Source of the DNA: Macrostomum lignano | Lineage: Eukaryota | Length of the DNA: 64,000 nucleotides | Reading direction: 5' to 3' | Assembly (NCBI GenBank): GCA_002269645.1 | Contig: NIVC01001392.1 | Span: 186,001 to 250,000, forward strand | In this document: in pieces, positions 1 to 13,043 of the stretch | Numbering within the stretch: position 1 is the first letter of the stretch | Layout: the number at the start of each line of letters is the position of its first letter | Translations under genes and position numbers: made by a program | Notes under the pieces: model-generated | What the model saw: only the letters and a program-made list of their open reading frames with translations | Database searches by the model: none | Told to the model about the DNA's origin: nothing

Positions 1-1215
1 ATAGACACAGCCACTGTGTCTATAGGTAGGCCTACTCTGTTGTTAAAATCATATTTTTTCTAGTTTTTTTAAATTTTAAATATTTTCTATTTTGCAATTT
101 TATTATTTTCAAAAGCCAATTTTTTAAAAAGAAAAATGGCAGAAGAGATATGAAAAGTCTTTTTCATCATATTACAAATAAAATATACATTATTGCATTT
201 AATTTGCATGATTGTATATTTTAGTCAATAAGAATGTCACAAATTTTTTTAATCACTTGACTAATACAAGCACATATAGTGTATAATATAAGCTATCTCT
301 AGGCTTTGCCATCATTTTAGATATGATACAATTGCCAAGCCTACTTTCCCTATCTTCTTTCTACATATTTGTTACTTTAACTTTGTTATTTTTCATACCT
401 TTTTTGAATTTTCCAAAACATTATAATGCTTTGCAGAAAATAAAACTTTTGTGATTTACTAAAACATTACTTTGCTAAAATATCCTATAGCCAATAAGAT
501 AAAAGCTAAGGGCCTACCAATTATTATCTGTCTATAAACTATAGTAGGAATAAATATAACTAAAGTTTAAATTTAAGAGAATAGAAATGAAAAGAATGTC
601 TAAATATTATTTTTATATTGTTTTTCTTTTAGATTATAGAGAACAAGGCTTCTTTTGACTAGACTTGCTTATGCTATAATTGAAATAAGGTAAAAAGGAT
701 AATTACTGGGTTCCTTAGCTTTATATCAGTTTATCAATAGAGAAACTTTATTAGAAAATTTTTGTCTATCTAGCAGATATTAGGGATTATAAATGTTTAT
801 AGGTTATGCCAATACTATTATATCTATTATATTAAAAGCTTTAAAAATAAATAGAAATACTAATTTATAGTTATTAGCTATGAAATAAAGAACCCTGTTT
901 AAATGTGATTATTACAGATAATATCTAGCATAGTTAAAGGGAGTTTGTAAAGTATATTATACTGCTAGCCTACTTTTAAACCAAACTCAAAGCCAAGTAT
1001 TACTTAAAACTGACATAGGCATAGAATAGCATATATTATTATAGTTGCTACTGCAATGCTAATGGCTATACCAAGTCAAGGGTGAACAAATTATTGCACT
1101 AATAAAAATGGTATAGCCATAAGTGTGGCAATAATAAACATAAATTAAAATAACTCATGGATCGCAGCAATCTGCAATTCGCCATTGGCTAGCAGACTAA
1201 TTGGAATCCAATGCA

Positions 1216-4200
1216 ATGAGTTTTAGCAGTGATGAAGTCAACTTTCTCGTGTTTAGATATCTGCAGGAGTCAGGTAGGCATTTCATGCAACTTGTTACAT
1301 ATTACTAAGAAGTCTTCATTAAACGAAACGTTTTCTTGAAATTCTGTTACAATTTCTATCAAACTCGTGCACCGCAGGCTACCTGCACTCTGCCTACCTA
1401 TTCGGTGTCGAGAGCCACATCTCCAGCACGAACATCAACGGCTCCATGGTGCCGCCGGCCGCTCTGTTGCAGATCATCCAGAAGGGCCTGCAGTACACCG
1501 AGGCCGAAATCAGCATAGGCGATGGCGGCTCAGAGAGAGTGGTGGAGTCCCTGTCCCTAATCGACTCGGTGATGCCAGAGGTTGTTGACATGCGCAAAAA
1601 GCAGGTCGCCGAAGCTGAGCGAAATCGACGAGGCGGAGGCCGAATGAAACCTGAGGCGCATAACGGCGGCGAAGATGACCATAGCAACCATCACCAGGCC
1701 GTTGCTATGGACGCGGAGAGCAGCGGAGGCGGCGGTGGTGGAGGCTACTTCCCAGCCAACAGGGTGACGGTGCTGCGCGGTCACGAGTCCGAGGTGTTCA
1801 TCTGCGCTTGGAATCCCAAGACCGACTTGCTGGCCTCGGGATCCGGAGATTCAACGGCCCGAATCTGGGACGCCACGGACCCGGCCTCGGCCGGCGAGGC
1901 CAAGAAGCAGCTGGTGCTGAAGCATTGCATTAGTAAAGGCGGCCTCGATGTGCCTAGCAACAAGGATGTCACTTCTCTGGATTGGAATGTGAGTCGTTTG
2001 CCTATATTCACGCCTTTGTCTATCCTTAATCCCCTAGAGCGAGCAGGACCCACTCACCCACATTGTGAATCGCCCTCACCCACACTGAGAATCGCCCTCC
2101 CACTCACCCACATTGTGAATCGCCCTCCCTCTCACCCTCATTGAGAATCGCCCTTTCACCCACACTGAGAATCGCCCTCCCTCTCACCCATATTGAGAAT
2201 CGCCCTCCCTTTCACCCACACTGAGAATCGTCCTCCCTTTCACCCATATTGAAAATCGTCCTCCCTCTCACCCATATTGAGAATCACCCTCCCTCTCACC
2301 CATATTGAGAATCGCCCTCCCTTTCACCCATATTGAGAATCACCCTCCCTCTCACCCATATTGAGAATCACCCTCCCTCTCACCCATATTGAGAATCACC
2401 CTCCCTCTCACCCATATTGAGAATCACCCTCCCTCTCACCCATATTGAGAATCACCCTCCCTCTCACCCATATTGAGAATCGCCCTCCCTTTCACCCACA
2501 TTGAGAATCGTCCTCCCTTTCACCCATATTGAAAATCGTCCTCCCTCTCACCCATATTGAGAATCACCCTCCCTCTCACCCATATTGAGAATCACCCTCC
2601 CTCTCACCCATATTGAGAATCACCCTCCCTCTCACCCATATTGAGAATCACCCTCCCTCTCACCCATATTGAGAATCACCCTCCCTCTCACCCATATTGA
2701 GAATCGCCCTCCCTCTCACCCATATTGAGAATCGTCCTCCCTCTCACCCATATTGAGAATCACCCTCCCTCTCACCCATATTGAGAATCACCCTCCCTCT
2801 CACCCATATTGAGAATCACCCTCCCTCTCACCCATATTGAGAATCGTCCTCCCTCTCACCCATATTGAGAATCACCCTCCCTCTCACCCATATTGAGAAT
2901 CGCCCGCCCTCTCACCCACATTGAGAATCGCCCTCCCTCTCACCCATATTGAGAATCGTCCTCCCTCTCACCCATATTGAGAATCACCCTCCCTCTCACC
3001 CATATTGAGAATCACCCTCCCTCTCACCCATATTGAGAATCGCCCGCCCTCTCACCCACATTGAGAATCGCCCTCCCTCTCACCCTCATTGAGAATCGCC
3101 CTCCCTCTCACCCATATTGAGAATCACCCTCCCTCTCACCCATATTGAGAATCGCCCTCTCACCGACACTGAGAATCGCTCTCTGATCGCGTGATAATGA
3201 ACCGGCATTTCAGTGCGATGGAAACCGCCTAGCCACGGGATCTTACGACGGCTTCGCTCGACTCTGGTCCACTGATGGTGAGACATGGATTTTTTAGTCT
3301 TTCAAGCGTTGGTCTAAAAAAGTACATCGTGTCACCCTCGTTTCTCCGGCCATATTTTCAGGCAACCTGCTGTGCACCCTGGGCCAGCACAAGGGGCCGA
3401 TCTTTGCGCTGAAGTGGAACAAAGCGGGCACCTGTGTATTGAGCGCCGGTGTGGACAAGGTGCGTTGACATTTCTGGATTAATTTACTATACTTGAGCGG
3501 CACATGTGTTCTCGATTCTCACAGGTTTATGTTCACATATTTTACTCGGGCATCCGTTCACATTCAATTAGGCATCCGTTTAGATATTCACTGGGCATCA
3601 GTTCACATATTCACTGGTGCATCTATTCACATATTCACTGGGGCATCAGTTCACATATTCACTGGGGCATGTATTCACATATTCACTGGGGCATCTATTC
3701 GCATATTCACTGGGGCATCAGTTCACATATTCACTGGGGCATGTATTCACATATTCACTGGGGCATCAGTTCACATATTCACTGGGGCATCTATTCACAT
3801 ATTCACTGGGGCATCTATTCACATATTCACTGGGGCATCTATTCACATATTCACTGGGGCATCTATTCACATATTCACTGGGGCATCAGTTCACATATTC
3901 ACTGGGGCATCTATTCACATATTCATTGGGGCATCAGTTCACATATTCACTGGGGCATCAGTTCACATATTCACTGGGGCATCTATTCACATATTCACTG
4001 GGGCATCAGTTCACATATTCACTGGGGCATCAGTTCACATATTCACTGGGGCATCTATTCACATATTCACTGGGGCATCAGTTTACATATTCACTCGGGC
4101 ATCAGTTCACATATTCACTGGGGCATCAGTTCACGGATTCTAACAAACCAGGCAGATTGATGTTCACTTATCCGGCTTACCCGTCCGCAGACCACCATTA

Positions 4201-6304
4201 TCTGGGACGCGATCTCTGGCCAAGCGCAGCAGCAGTTCGGCTTTCACACTGGTGAGCTCGGCAGATTAACCAATCTAAAGTTTTTAAGATTATCAGAAAG
4301 TAGCCAAAGCCGTATTCTAAGCTGCTGCCACCGCAAACCCCGAGCCCAGCTCCCGCACTGGATGTCGACTGGAAAGACGACGAGACCTTTGCCAGCTGCT
4401 CCACCGATCAGAGCATCCAAGTGTGCCGCCTCGGCTCCGACTGTCCAATCAAAACGTTTCGCGGCCACTCCAACGAAGTCAACGCTATCAAGTGGGATCC
4501 CGCGGCCAGCTGCTGGCCTCCTGCTCTGACGACATGACGTTGAAACTCTGGTCGGTCGACCGCGGCTCCCTTGTGCACGACTTCAAGGCCCACCAGAAGG
4601 AGATCTATACTATTAAGTGGAGTCCCACCGGATACAATACGAGGAATCCCAATGCCAACCTCTATCTGGCCAGGTATGTCCGCAATGCTGGGTCTCGTTT
4701 GATGCTGTAAATCCTCAGTTGCTGGGCTACCGTCAACATCCCAGATCCTCAGGCTGAGCAGCCAGCCTCCCAGACCCTCAGACTGAGCAGCCAGCCTCCC
4801 AGATACTCAGGCTGAGCAGCCAGCCTCCCAGATACTCAGGCTGAGCAGCCAGCCTCCCAGATCCTCAGGCTGAGCAGCCAGCCTCCCAGATACTCAGGCT
4901 GAGCAGCCAGCCTCCCAGATACTCAGGCTGAGCAGCCAGCCTCCCAGATCCTCAGGCTGAGCAGCCAGCCTCCCAGATCCTCAGGCTGAGCAGCCAGCCT
5001 CCTGTCCCAGATCCTCAGGCTGAACAGCCAGCCTCCCAGATCCTCAGGCTGAGCAGCCAGCCTCCCAGACCCTCAGACTGAGCAGCCAGCCTCCCAGATA
5101 CTCAGGCTGAGCAGCCAGCCTCCCAGATACTCAGGCTGAGCAGCCAGCCTCCCAGATCCTCAGGCTGAGCAGCCAGCCTCCCAGATCCTCAGGCTGAGCA
5201 GCCAGCCTCCCAGATCCTCAGGCTGAGCAGCCAGCCTCCCAGATCCTCAGGTTTGTCTCAAGCATCCCGCCAACTACTCGCTAATCCATCCCGTAATCCC
5301 ATGCCCGAACCAGCGCCAGCTTTGATGCAACAGTGCGTCTATGGGACGTGGAGGCCGGTGCCTGCGCTCAAGTGTTCTGCAACCATCGCGAGCCAGTCTA
5401 CAGCGTCGCATTTTCGCCCTGCGGTCGCTACTTGGCCTCCGGCAGCTTCGATAAGTGCGTCCACATCTGGAGCATCGAGGTGAGCCTTCTGGGATCTACT
5501 TGTTGAATGTTTGGTGCTCAGTGCTCAATCTCATATAAAATAAATTGCAGAGCGGCACTCTGGTGCACAAATACCAAGGAACCGGCGGCATATTCGAGGT
5601 CTGCTGGAACAGCACAGGCGACCGGGTGGGGGCCAGCGCTGCCGATGGCACGGTAAGACTTGCCGGCGCAACCCCCGCAGTTTGCTTTCTTTACTCTGCT
5701 TAAAAGTGCATGTGTACTAATGCACGTGGGTTAAAAGTACATGTGTAAATTCCACCTGGGTTAAAAGTTCATGTGTACTAATGCGCCTGAGTAAAAAGTA
5801 CGTGGTGCTAATTCACCTGGGTTAAAAGTACATGTGTACTAATGTGCCTGGGTTAAAAGTACGTGGTGCTAATTCACCTGGGTTAAAAGTACATGTGTAC
5901 TAATGAACCTTGGTTAAAAGTACGTGTGTGCTAATGCACCTGGGTTAAAAGTACGTGTTTACCAAAGACCCTAGGTTAAAAGTACATGTGTACTAATGCA
6001 CCTGGGTTAAAAGTACTAATGTACTAATACATGTGTACTAATATTTCTACGTACATGTGTACTATTACTACTAGGATAAAAGTACTTGTATATCAATGCT
6101 TTATGTTAAATGTGTTTTTGTGTACAAACAGTTGTCCGTTAAAAGTGCTTGTAATGTACTAATATACCCGTAGATTAAAATTATCTCAATACTAGTCGCC
6201 AGTTAAAGCATAAAAATGCTTCTGTACCAATACGTGTAGGTTTAAAGAACTTTTCTATTGCCGCTATGTTTCAGGTGGTGATACTCGACCTGCGCATGAT
6301 GTGA
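1216..6304 (+). CDS. TBL1XR1: F-box-like/WD40 repeat protein TBL1 (TBL1X/TBL1XR1/ebi family), 9 exons: 1216-1273, 1378-1988, 3214-3277, 3362-3459, 4191-4251, 4350-4673, 5314-5479, 5551-5652, 6275-6304
   Basis: The translation gives the LisH start [20 protein letters not shown] and [22 protein letters not shown]40 repeats follow: [91 protein letters not shown], ending ILDLRMM*. All introns are GT-AG with matching phases. Exons sum to 1514 nt, one short of 505 codons, because of a frameshift at about 4499-4501. Paralogue naming (TBL1X vs TBL1XR1) is not resolvable for an invertebrate. Confidence 0.95.
2051..3180. repeat. 28-bp minisatellite in TBL1 intron 2
   Basis: CACCCTCCCTCTCACCCATATTGAGAAT in tandem. 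Confidence 0.95.
3530..4137. repeat. 24-bp minisatellite in TBL1 intron 4
   Basis: TTCACATATTCACTGGGGCATCTA in tandem. Confidence 0.95.
4741..5251. repeat. 29-bp minisatellite in TBL1 intron 6
   Basis: CTCAGGCTGAGCAGCCAGCCTCCCAGATC in tandem. Confidence 0.95.
5695..6060. repeat. Degenerate ~31-bp repeat in TBL1 intron 8
   Basis: GGGTTAAAAGTACATGTGTACTAATGCACCT-like units. Confidence 0.8.
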
Positions 6305-6884
6305 GGGGAGCCACAGCTGACTGACATCGTATTTAAGTTTTAATTCGAAGTAAAATTTTTGGTGCTGTTACTGAACTTTAAAATTATTGATTGTTAATAA
6401 GGCTAATTATGCATTCTCTATATGGATTAATTGTTATTATAATACTGTATTTTATCAATAGGTTTGAGTGGAAGGCATTAACAGAAGACCAAAGTTTAGT
6501 TGGCTTTTGTCTATTTTAATTTTATTGAATTTGCTGTGTGTTCTATTTGAGTCAAATATGCCTTGAGTTTTTTTATGTTCTTTACTGCTTAGTCTCTACT
6601 TTAAGTAAAATACTAATAATTTTATGCAATTAGCGTGTGAAAATAGATACACTTTTTTATTAGTTTCCATCTGAACAAAATTAGTGCCGTTTGACTCAAA
6701 TATGTATGTAAAATTCTGCTCTGTCGTTTTGTTTGTTTGTTTGTATTGTTAAATTAACTATAGTAACTTACAAGTATTTAACTAGTCATTGTTTACTCAC
6801 TGTGCACTTTATAGCACTGGTGCGTATTTTATTGCTTAATTACTTTTAATTGTCTGCCTCTGTTGTGCTTCTGTTCATAACTCT

Positions 6885-7521
6885 GTATCTCTGTCTGCAT
6901 CTCACCTGCCATCTGTCTGCATCTCACCTGCCATCTGTCTGCATCTCACCTGCCATCTCACCTGCCATCTGTCTGCATCTCACCTGCCATCTGTCTGCAT
7001 CTCTGTCTGCATCTCACCTGCCATCTGTCTGCATCTCACCTGCCATCTCACCTGCCATCTGTCTGCATCTCACCTGCCATCTGTCTGCATCTCACCTGCC
7101 ATCTGTCTGCATCTCACCTGCCATCTGTCTGCATCTCTGTCTGCATCTCACCTGCCATCTCACCTGCCATCTGTCTGCATCTCACCTGCCATCTGTCTGC
7201 ATCTCACCTGCCATCTGTCTGCATCTCACCTGCCATCTGTCTGCATCTCACCTGCCATCTGTCTGCATCTCACCTGCCATCTGTCTGCATCTCACCTGCC
7301 ATCTGTCTGCATCTCACCTGCCATCTGTCTGCATCTCTGTCTGCATCTCACCTGCCATCTGTCTGCATCTCACCTGCCATCTGTCTGCATCTCACCTGCC
7401 ATCTCACCTGCCATCTGTCTGCATCTCACCTGCCATCTGTCTGCATATCACCTGCCATCTGTCTGCATCTCACCTGCCATCTGTCTGCATCTCACCTGCC
7501 ATCTGTCTGCATCTCACCTGC
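6885..7521. repeat. 22-bp (10+12) minisatellite
   Basis: CTGTCTGCAT-CTCACCTGCCAT in tandem. Confidence 0.95.
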
Positions 7522-8185
7522 CTCCAAATCTGTCTCCAAACCTGTTTTGCACAAAATTGCTGACCTGACTACCCTGTGGTTTTTATCTTCTTAGTTTTTG
7601 ACTCACTTTTTATTACTGCTTCATCGATCATATTAGTAGTATGTAAAGATTATTATTCATCTCATGAGCATATTGTTTTGTGAAAATAATCTATTCTTTT
7701 AAAAGTTTCACTAATAACTTTGACATTTTCGAGTCTGCTTTTATTGTCGCTGAGCTCGCTGCTTCGAATTTTGCTCTCAGTTTTATTTAACTAAACTTTT
7801 ATAGATGAGTAAAATTGTAAATAAAATAGTATTTGGATCGGATTTTCTATGTTGATAGAAGGGCACTTCTAAACTGAATTAGTCTGAGCTAAATGTGCAA
7901 ACTGCAGCTAGCGCTACTCATATCAGTAGCGACGCCACAATTTAACATCAATAATTATTGGACTGTAATTAAACTGTGCTTGAGATTGTAATAATTTGTT
8001 TGTGACCGTTGCTGTACTATAAATATACGTAGTTTGTAATAAGATGCGTTTTTATTAAATCTGCATTACTGCGTCCCGCCGCCCAATCACTGGGGAGGAA
8101 ATCGCGTCAGTACCCCACCCAATGCGCCCGTGCCCTGCTTTGCTGCTGTCAATCTGACCTCCTTTGTAGAGAGATCTATCTGACA

Positions 8186-8825
8186 GAGGGGAAGGCTGGA
8201 GATTAGATCAGGGAGGAGAGAGATGAACGGGACCGGAAGGCTGGAGATTAGATCAGGGAGGAGAGAGATCTACGGGAGAGGGGGGAAGGCTGGAGATTAG
8301 ATCAGGGAGGAGAGAGATCTACGGGAGAGGGGGAAGGCTGGAGATTAGATCAGGGAGGAGAGAGATCTACGGGAGAGAGGGGAAGGCTGAAGATTAGATC
8401 AGAGTGGAGAGAGATCTACGGGAGAGAGGGGAAGGCTGGAGATTAGATCAGAGAGGAGAGAGATCTACGGGAGAGAGGGGAAGGCTGGAGATTAGATCAG
8501 AGAGGAAAGATGGAAAGGCTAGTGATTAGATCAGAGAGGAGCGAGATCTATGGGACCGGAAAGCTGAAGATTAGATCACGGAGGAGAGAGATCTATGGGA
8601 GAGCGGGGAAGGCTGGAGATTAGATCAGGGAGGAGAGAGATCTATGGGAGAGAGGGGAAGGCTGGAGATTAGATCAGGGAGGAGAGAGATCTACGGGAGA
8701 GGGGGGAAGGCTGGAGATTAGATCAGGGAGTAGAGAGATCTACGGGAGAGAGGGGAAGGCTGGAGATTAGATCAGAGAGGAGAGAGATCTATGGGAGAGA
8801 GGGGAAGGCTGAATATTAGATCAGA
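8186..8825. repeat. 48-49 bp purine-rich minisatellite
   Basis: GGAAGGCTGGAGATTAGATCAGGGAGGAGAGAGATCTACGGGAGAGGG units. Confidence 0.92.
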
Positions 8826-9368
8826 GAGGAGAGATGTACAGCAAAAGGGGAAAGGCTAGAGATTAGATGATAGGAATTTTTATATTGAGTTGAGGATTAA
8901 CTGAGAGCTGATCAGAGGCTTTTAATATCGAGATGAGGGCTGCACTGTCCCACGGGGCAGTGCAGCCGAAATCGCGACAAACTGAAAAAAATATTATAAA
9001 GCTGCTGTCACCACATCGTTCACATGTGAACACCCAAGTGTATTCGTTAGAGACTCCCGACCGAGCAAGCTTTACTGCAATATATTGATAAATTTGTCTG
9101 CCAGGGTTCTTAGCATAAGTTAGCATCTTGCAGTTTAAGAGCAAAATTGTTATAAAACCAGTATTTAGAGGGAAAATTCCCTCGAGTATTTTCACATGCA
9201 TCGGATACATGTCTGCAATAAAACGGAAAGCAAAAAAAACAAATTAAGGCAAAGCAGTACCTATGCGTCTCTCATGTAGCAAAATACAGATCACAGAAGT
9301 CTTCACATCAACAGAAATCAAAATTGTAGCACGCAGTAAAGAGTTGCGGTGCGGCCTTTTCACAACAG

Positions 9369-10746
9369 TCACGCGCATTTCCACAGAATGATGGCCATGT
9401 TGCCGCCGAAGAACATGTACATGAGGTTTTTCAACTCGTGCGTGATCTCGAATCCGTAGCCTTCGCCGACTACCGCGTGCCAGGCCGGCCCGAACTTCTT
9501 GTCCATGCTGTCCTTGATCATGCGTGCTGCCGACTGTGGAAGGATATTTCGAAGCGTATGTTATATTCCTATTGCACTACTCATTATTAGTAGGCGACCA
9601 GATAATCTTTACCTCGTTGTTTGATGCGAATTTTTCGCACGCGGTAACGCAGAGCTCCATTGCTTCTGTTCGCATTTCTTCGTTCATGTCGGAATACTGC
9701 GTAAGAGGGAAGAGATTGTTCAAGAGTAAAATTGTGTGTTTGAATGGGAAATTAATTCCGAAGATCTGATAAAACAAATTGAAACTATCAAACAATAAAA
9801 TTTAACGTAATTAATCTATAAATTTTTATTGATGGTCCTAGAAGTTTGAAAAAAGGCAACAATTCAGCAAACAATACATTGAAGCAGAAAGTTGAACAGG
9901 TTATTATCATCATAATTAAGCACTTGCATTCGTGTAATTATTATTGTTAATTAGGTTCAAAAAAGATATCTCATAAGTGCTAACTTGGCACCTGGGAGGT
10001 TCCACTTGATAAAGCTGTTCAATAATAACTTTAATACATAGAATTAGATGACTTGACTGTAAAATCAATCTAATATCTAAACTCAAAATAAGATATATGT
10101 ATACAATTAGCATAACCAATAAGATGTTTTTTGTTCTGTGCTTTTTAAGTTTCTATGATTATGCCAAAACAAAAAAAATAGAAAAAAATTATAAACTTTA
10201 GTACATTAAGTTTTTAAAAACCTCTACATTTTAAATATTTAAAAGTAGATTAACACTGTGTTCTATTGCTATCTTTAAATGTTTTTACAAATTTATTGCA
10301 CCAATCGAGTGAAGTGAATGTTATAGCTATTTTTCTTTTATAGTTTATACTTATAGCAGAAACAAAAAATGATTAAAAGAATACTCGTATCTTGTGCTTT
10401 AAAGATAAATTATTATTGATTTCCTAATTTTCGTAGTCTTTTTATTATAACTGAAACACGCGTATTAAATTTTAGCAATACTGTTTTTACAAAAGCTAAT
10501 AAACTATGGGTCTTTCCTTACGCTTTAGGGGAATATTTCTAATATATTTATTACATGTTAAAGCAAAGCTATCCTTATTAAAAATATAGACTATCTAGAG
10601 TAGACTAAATATAGAAGTATAAATACTATTTTGCCCACATCAAAGAAAAAAGGTGTAATTCGAATACAAATATTTCTTACTCGAACAAGAGGATATGTAT
10701 GCACGCGGCGACTTTCTTCAGCCTTCTTCTCTCCCTCCTCTGCCAT
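9369..10746 (-). CDS. DNAL4: Dynein light chain 4, axonemal (LC8-superfamily), 3 exons: 10746-10681, 9696-9613, 9533-9369; 104 aa
   Basis: Spliced translation: MAEEGEKKAEESRRVHTYPLVR-YSDMNEEMRTEAMELCVTACEKFASNNE-SAARMIKDSMDKKFGPAWHAVVGEGYGFEITHELKNLMYMFFGGNMAIILWKCA*. The ELCVTACEKF, GEGxGFEITHE and terminal WKC motifs are those I recognise from DNAL4. Both introns are phase-0 GT-AG. Confidence 0.95.
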
Positions 10747-10864
10747 TGTTAGTATTTAATTTGTATATCTTAAAAGCTGAAAGCGTTGCTGCAGGCAAAG
10801 CGGGTTAAGTTCAACTGTTCGGCTGATAAATTTTGTAAAGCGAACATTTAAATAAAAAAACGCC

Positions 10865-10878
10865 GTTGCCGTGGAAAC
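10865..10878. promoter_or_regulatory. RFX X-box upstream of DNAL4
   Basis: GTTGCCGTGGAAAC against the palindromic X-box GTTGCCATGGCAAC, 119-132 bp upstream of the DNAL4 ATG. Confidence 0.65.
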
Positions 10879-11647
10879 AAAAGTTAAAACAAAAGTGGAG
10901 CTTCAGACAAAAGCAGCTGAAGTACTTCATTTATATTGATTTAAACTGCTAGCTTGATAAAATTAAATCTTTAAAATGAAGTTACAGATGTCTGTATTTG
11001 TTTAAAAGACCACGCTTGCAACTAATTTTATATTCTAGTGCCTCCATGCTACTATTAAGTTTTTTTTATTGAAATGGTGCTTCAGTTAGAAATACAGTTT
11101 TTTACTGGATCAGCAGGTGTTCCGTGCTCTTTTCAAATTCAAGCAATCGATTATAAACCATGAATAAACATTAATTCTCACATGTTTCATATATAGAATT
11201 ATGGACTCACTACAGTCATGTACAGTTCTGCATGTTAATTCAATTGAGTTAGCAGAATTGAGCAACAATCAATTCATTTACGCGTTAAAGACTATATAAT
11301 AATCATATTTCTGGTTTCTTATTAGTTCGATCTTTACGGCTGTAATTGATTATCTCGTGATCGAAAGCATATACATGTACGAGCGTGATTGCAGCTCCGT
11401 CAAAAAGATAAATAAGAACGTATGAGAAAAAATTGTGTCAAACATCAACATTATTTTAAAGCAAATGAAAGACATGTTTTGCAGGAACTTATAAAAAACA
11501 CTCTCGTTATGAAATCACTTTCAATCAAGCTCTAGCTGTGTGTGTGGCATGAAACACATGTGAATGGACTAATAGCTCTAACAGTACATGGCGCGTTGCT
11601 TTTCTCCCTATTTACAATTGCTGCTCTGCAGTTTTCTCAGAAAAAGG

Positions 11648-11913
11648 CTACAATGAAGTCGAATTCTCTTCAAATTGCTTAACATGCAGCACAACTATCT
11701 GCTTCTGCTGCTGTTGTTTTTGTTGCTGCTCTTGCTGGGTAGGATTTGGTTGCTGAGCCGGCTGCTGCTGCGGCTCCACCCGACGGGAACCTTTCCGGTG
11801 TCGGTGGACGCCACAGGCCAGTCCCACTCCGGCCAGGCCGAGAAAGAATCCCAGCACAGACAGGCCGATGATAAGGCTGAGGTTGGGTGGCTGCATCATC
11901 GGATGCTGGGCAT
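11648..11913 (-). CDS. Orphan terminal exon encoding a single TM helix and a basic/Gln-rich tail
   Basis: Acceptor CTCTATCAG (phase 1), then [44 protein letters not shown]...QQQ...STSL*. A hydrophobic stretch followed by HRHRK fits the positive-inside rule. No upstream exon was identified. Confidence 0.5.
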
Positions 11914-11958
11914 CTGATAGAGGTGCCGACGGGGCGGTGATTGTTGAGTGCTTTCTTC

Positions 11959-11959
11959 C

Positions 11960-12016
<57 letters not shown>

Positions 12017-12033
12017 GCCTGTCTGTCTGTCGC

Positions 12034-12112
<79 letters not shown>

Positions 12113-12129
12113 GCCTGTCTGTCTGTCGC

Positions 12130-12180
<51 letters not shown>

Positions 12181-12255
12181 GCCTGCTTGCCTGCCTGCCT
12201 GTCTGTCTGTCTGTCTGTCTGTCTATCTGCCTGCCTGCCTGCCTGCCTGCCTTCC
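11959..12255. repeat. (GTCT)n microsatellite
   Basis: Direct reading. Confidence 0.97.
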
Positions 12256-13043
12256 TGTATGGGTGTACTGCATGTACAGTACAATGGCGCTGACTTTCTA
12301 CTCGTCATGCTGGTATGTACAAATTGTACACTCGATCTGTGCCTTAAGCGCTGGCTTTCAGTGGCGAAAATCGCACAACCCGGCCAATTTTCGTGCACAC
12401 AATTGCCCCAAATCAATTTGACCGCTTATGGAACCGAACCCTGGGGGTTTATCGCTGAGCTGCTCTGCCTCAGCTCCACACGGCTTACACAGTTACAGCA
12501 CAGGCTAGGCAGCCGGTGAAAAGTTCTCGTCGCGAAGAATCCAGCAGCTGGCACCAGCGAGTTCATTGCTCCGCCATCGGCTGCTGCATGCAGTTTCCGT
12601 ACGATTTTGCTGCGTGCGTCGCTCCAATCCGGCGGAGGAATGAGCGGGGCGCGAGGCCGCGGTTTTATCCTGATTTATGCAGCTGCTGCGTTGTTCAATA
12701 GAGCAGATGTCTGCCTATATGCACACTCATTAGCCATTCAGATCACTGCAGCATCCCCCCGGTCTTTGTTTTCCCTTTCGCTGAGCCCGATTGCAGGCAC
12801 TGTTTTGAGCAGGCTTGAGCTGCATGGTGGGGGGGAATGAAAAATAGCAGGTGGCTCACAAAATTTCACGTAGATGGGATTAGTAGAATTGCAAATTAGA
12901 CAAGCGTTGCATGGCAGCTGAACCCGCTACTACAGTAATCAAGTAGAGCTAGGCTTGGCAGTACAATGTAACGACATTGTGGCAACGATGTAAAGGTTAA
13001 TTAATGATGTGCAGTTAGAGCAGCGAAAGTGCAAGTCGATCTC

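Noticed and set aside
3493-4255. 200+ aa ORFs in three frames (IFTGASIH / WGIYSHIH repeats)
   Set aside because: They are translations of the 24-bp minisatellite inside TBL1 intron 4, bounded by in-phase splice sites.
8863-9210. 115-aa - strand ORF downstream of DNAL4
   Set aside because: No recognisable motif and AT-rich codons; more plausibly UTR or intergenic sequence.
9369-10746. Cytoplasmic LC8 (DYNLL1/2) assignment
   Set aside because: It lacks the LC8 WHCIVGRNFGSYVTHE motif and has the DNAL4-type GEGxGFEITHE and WKC end.
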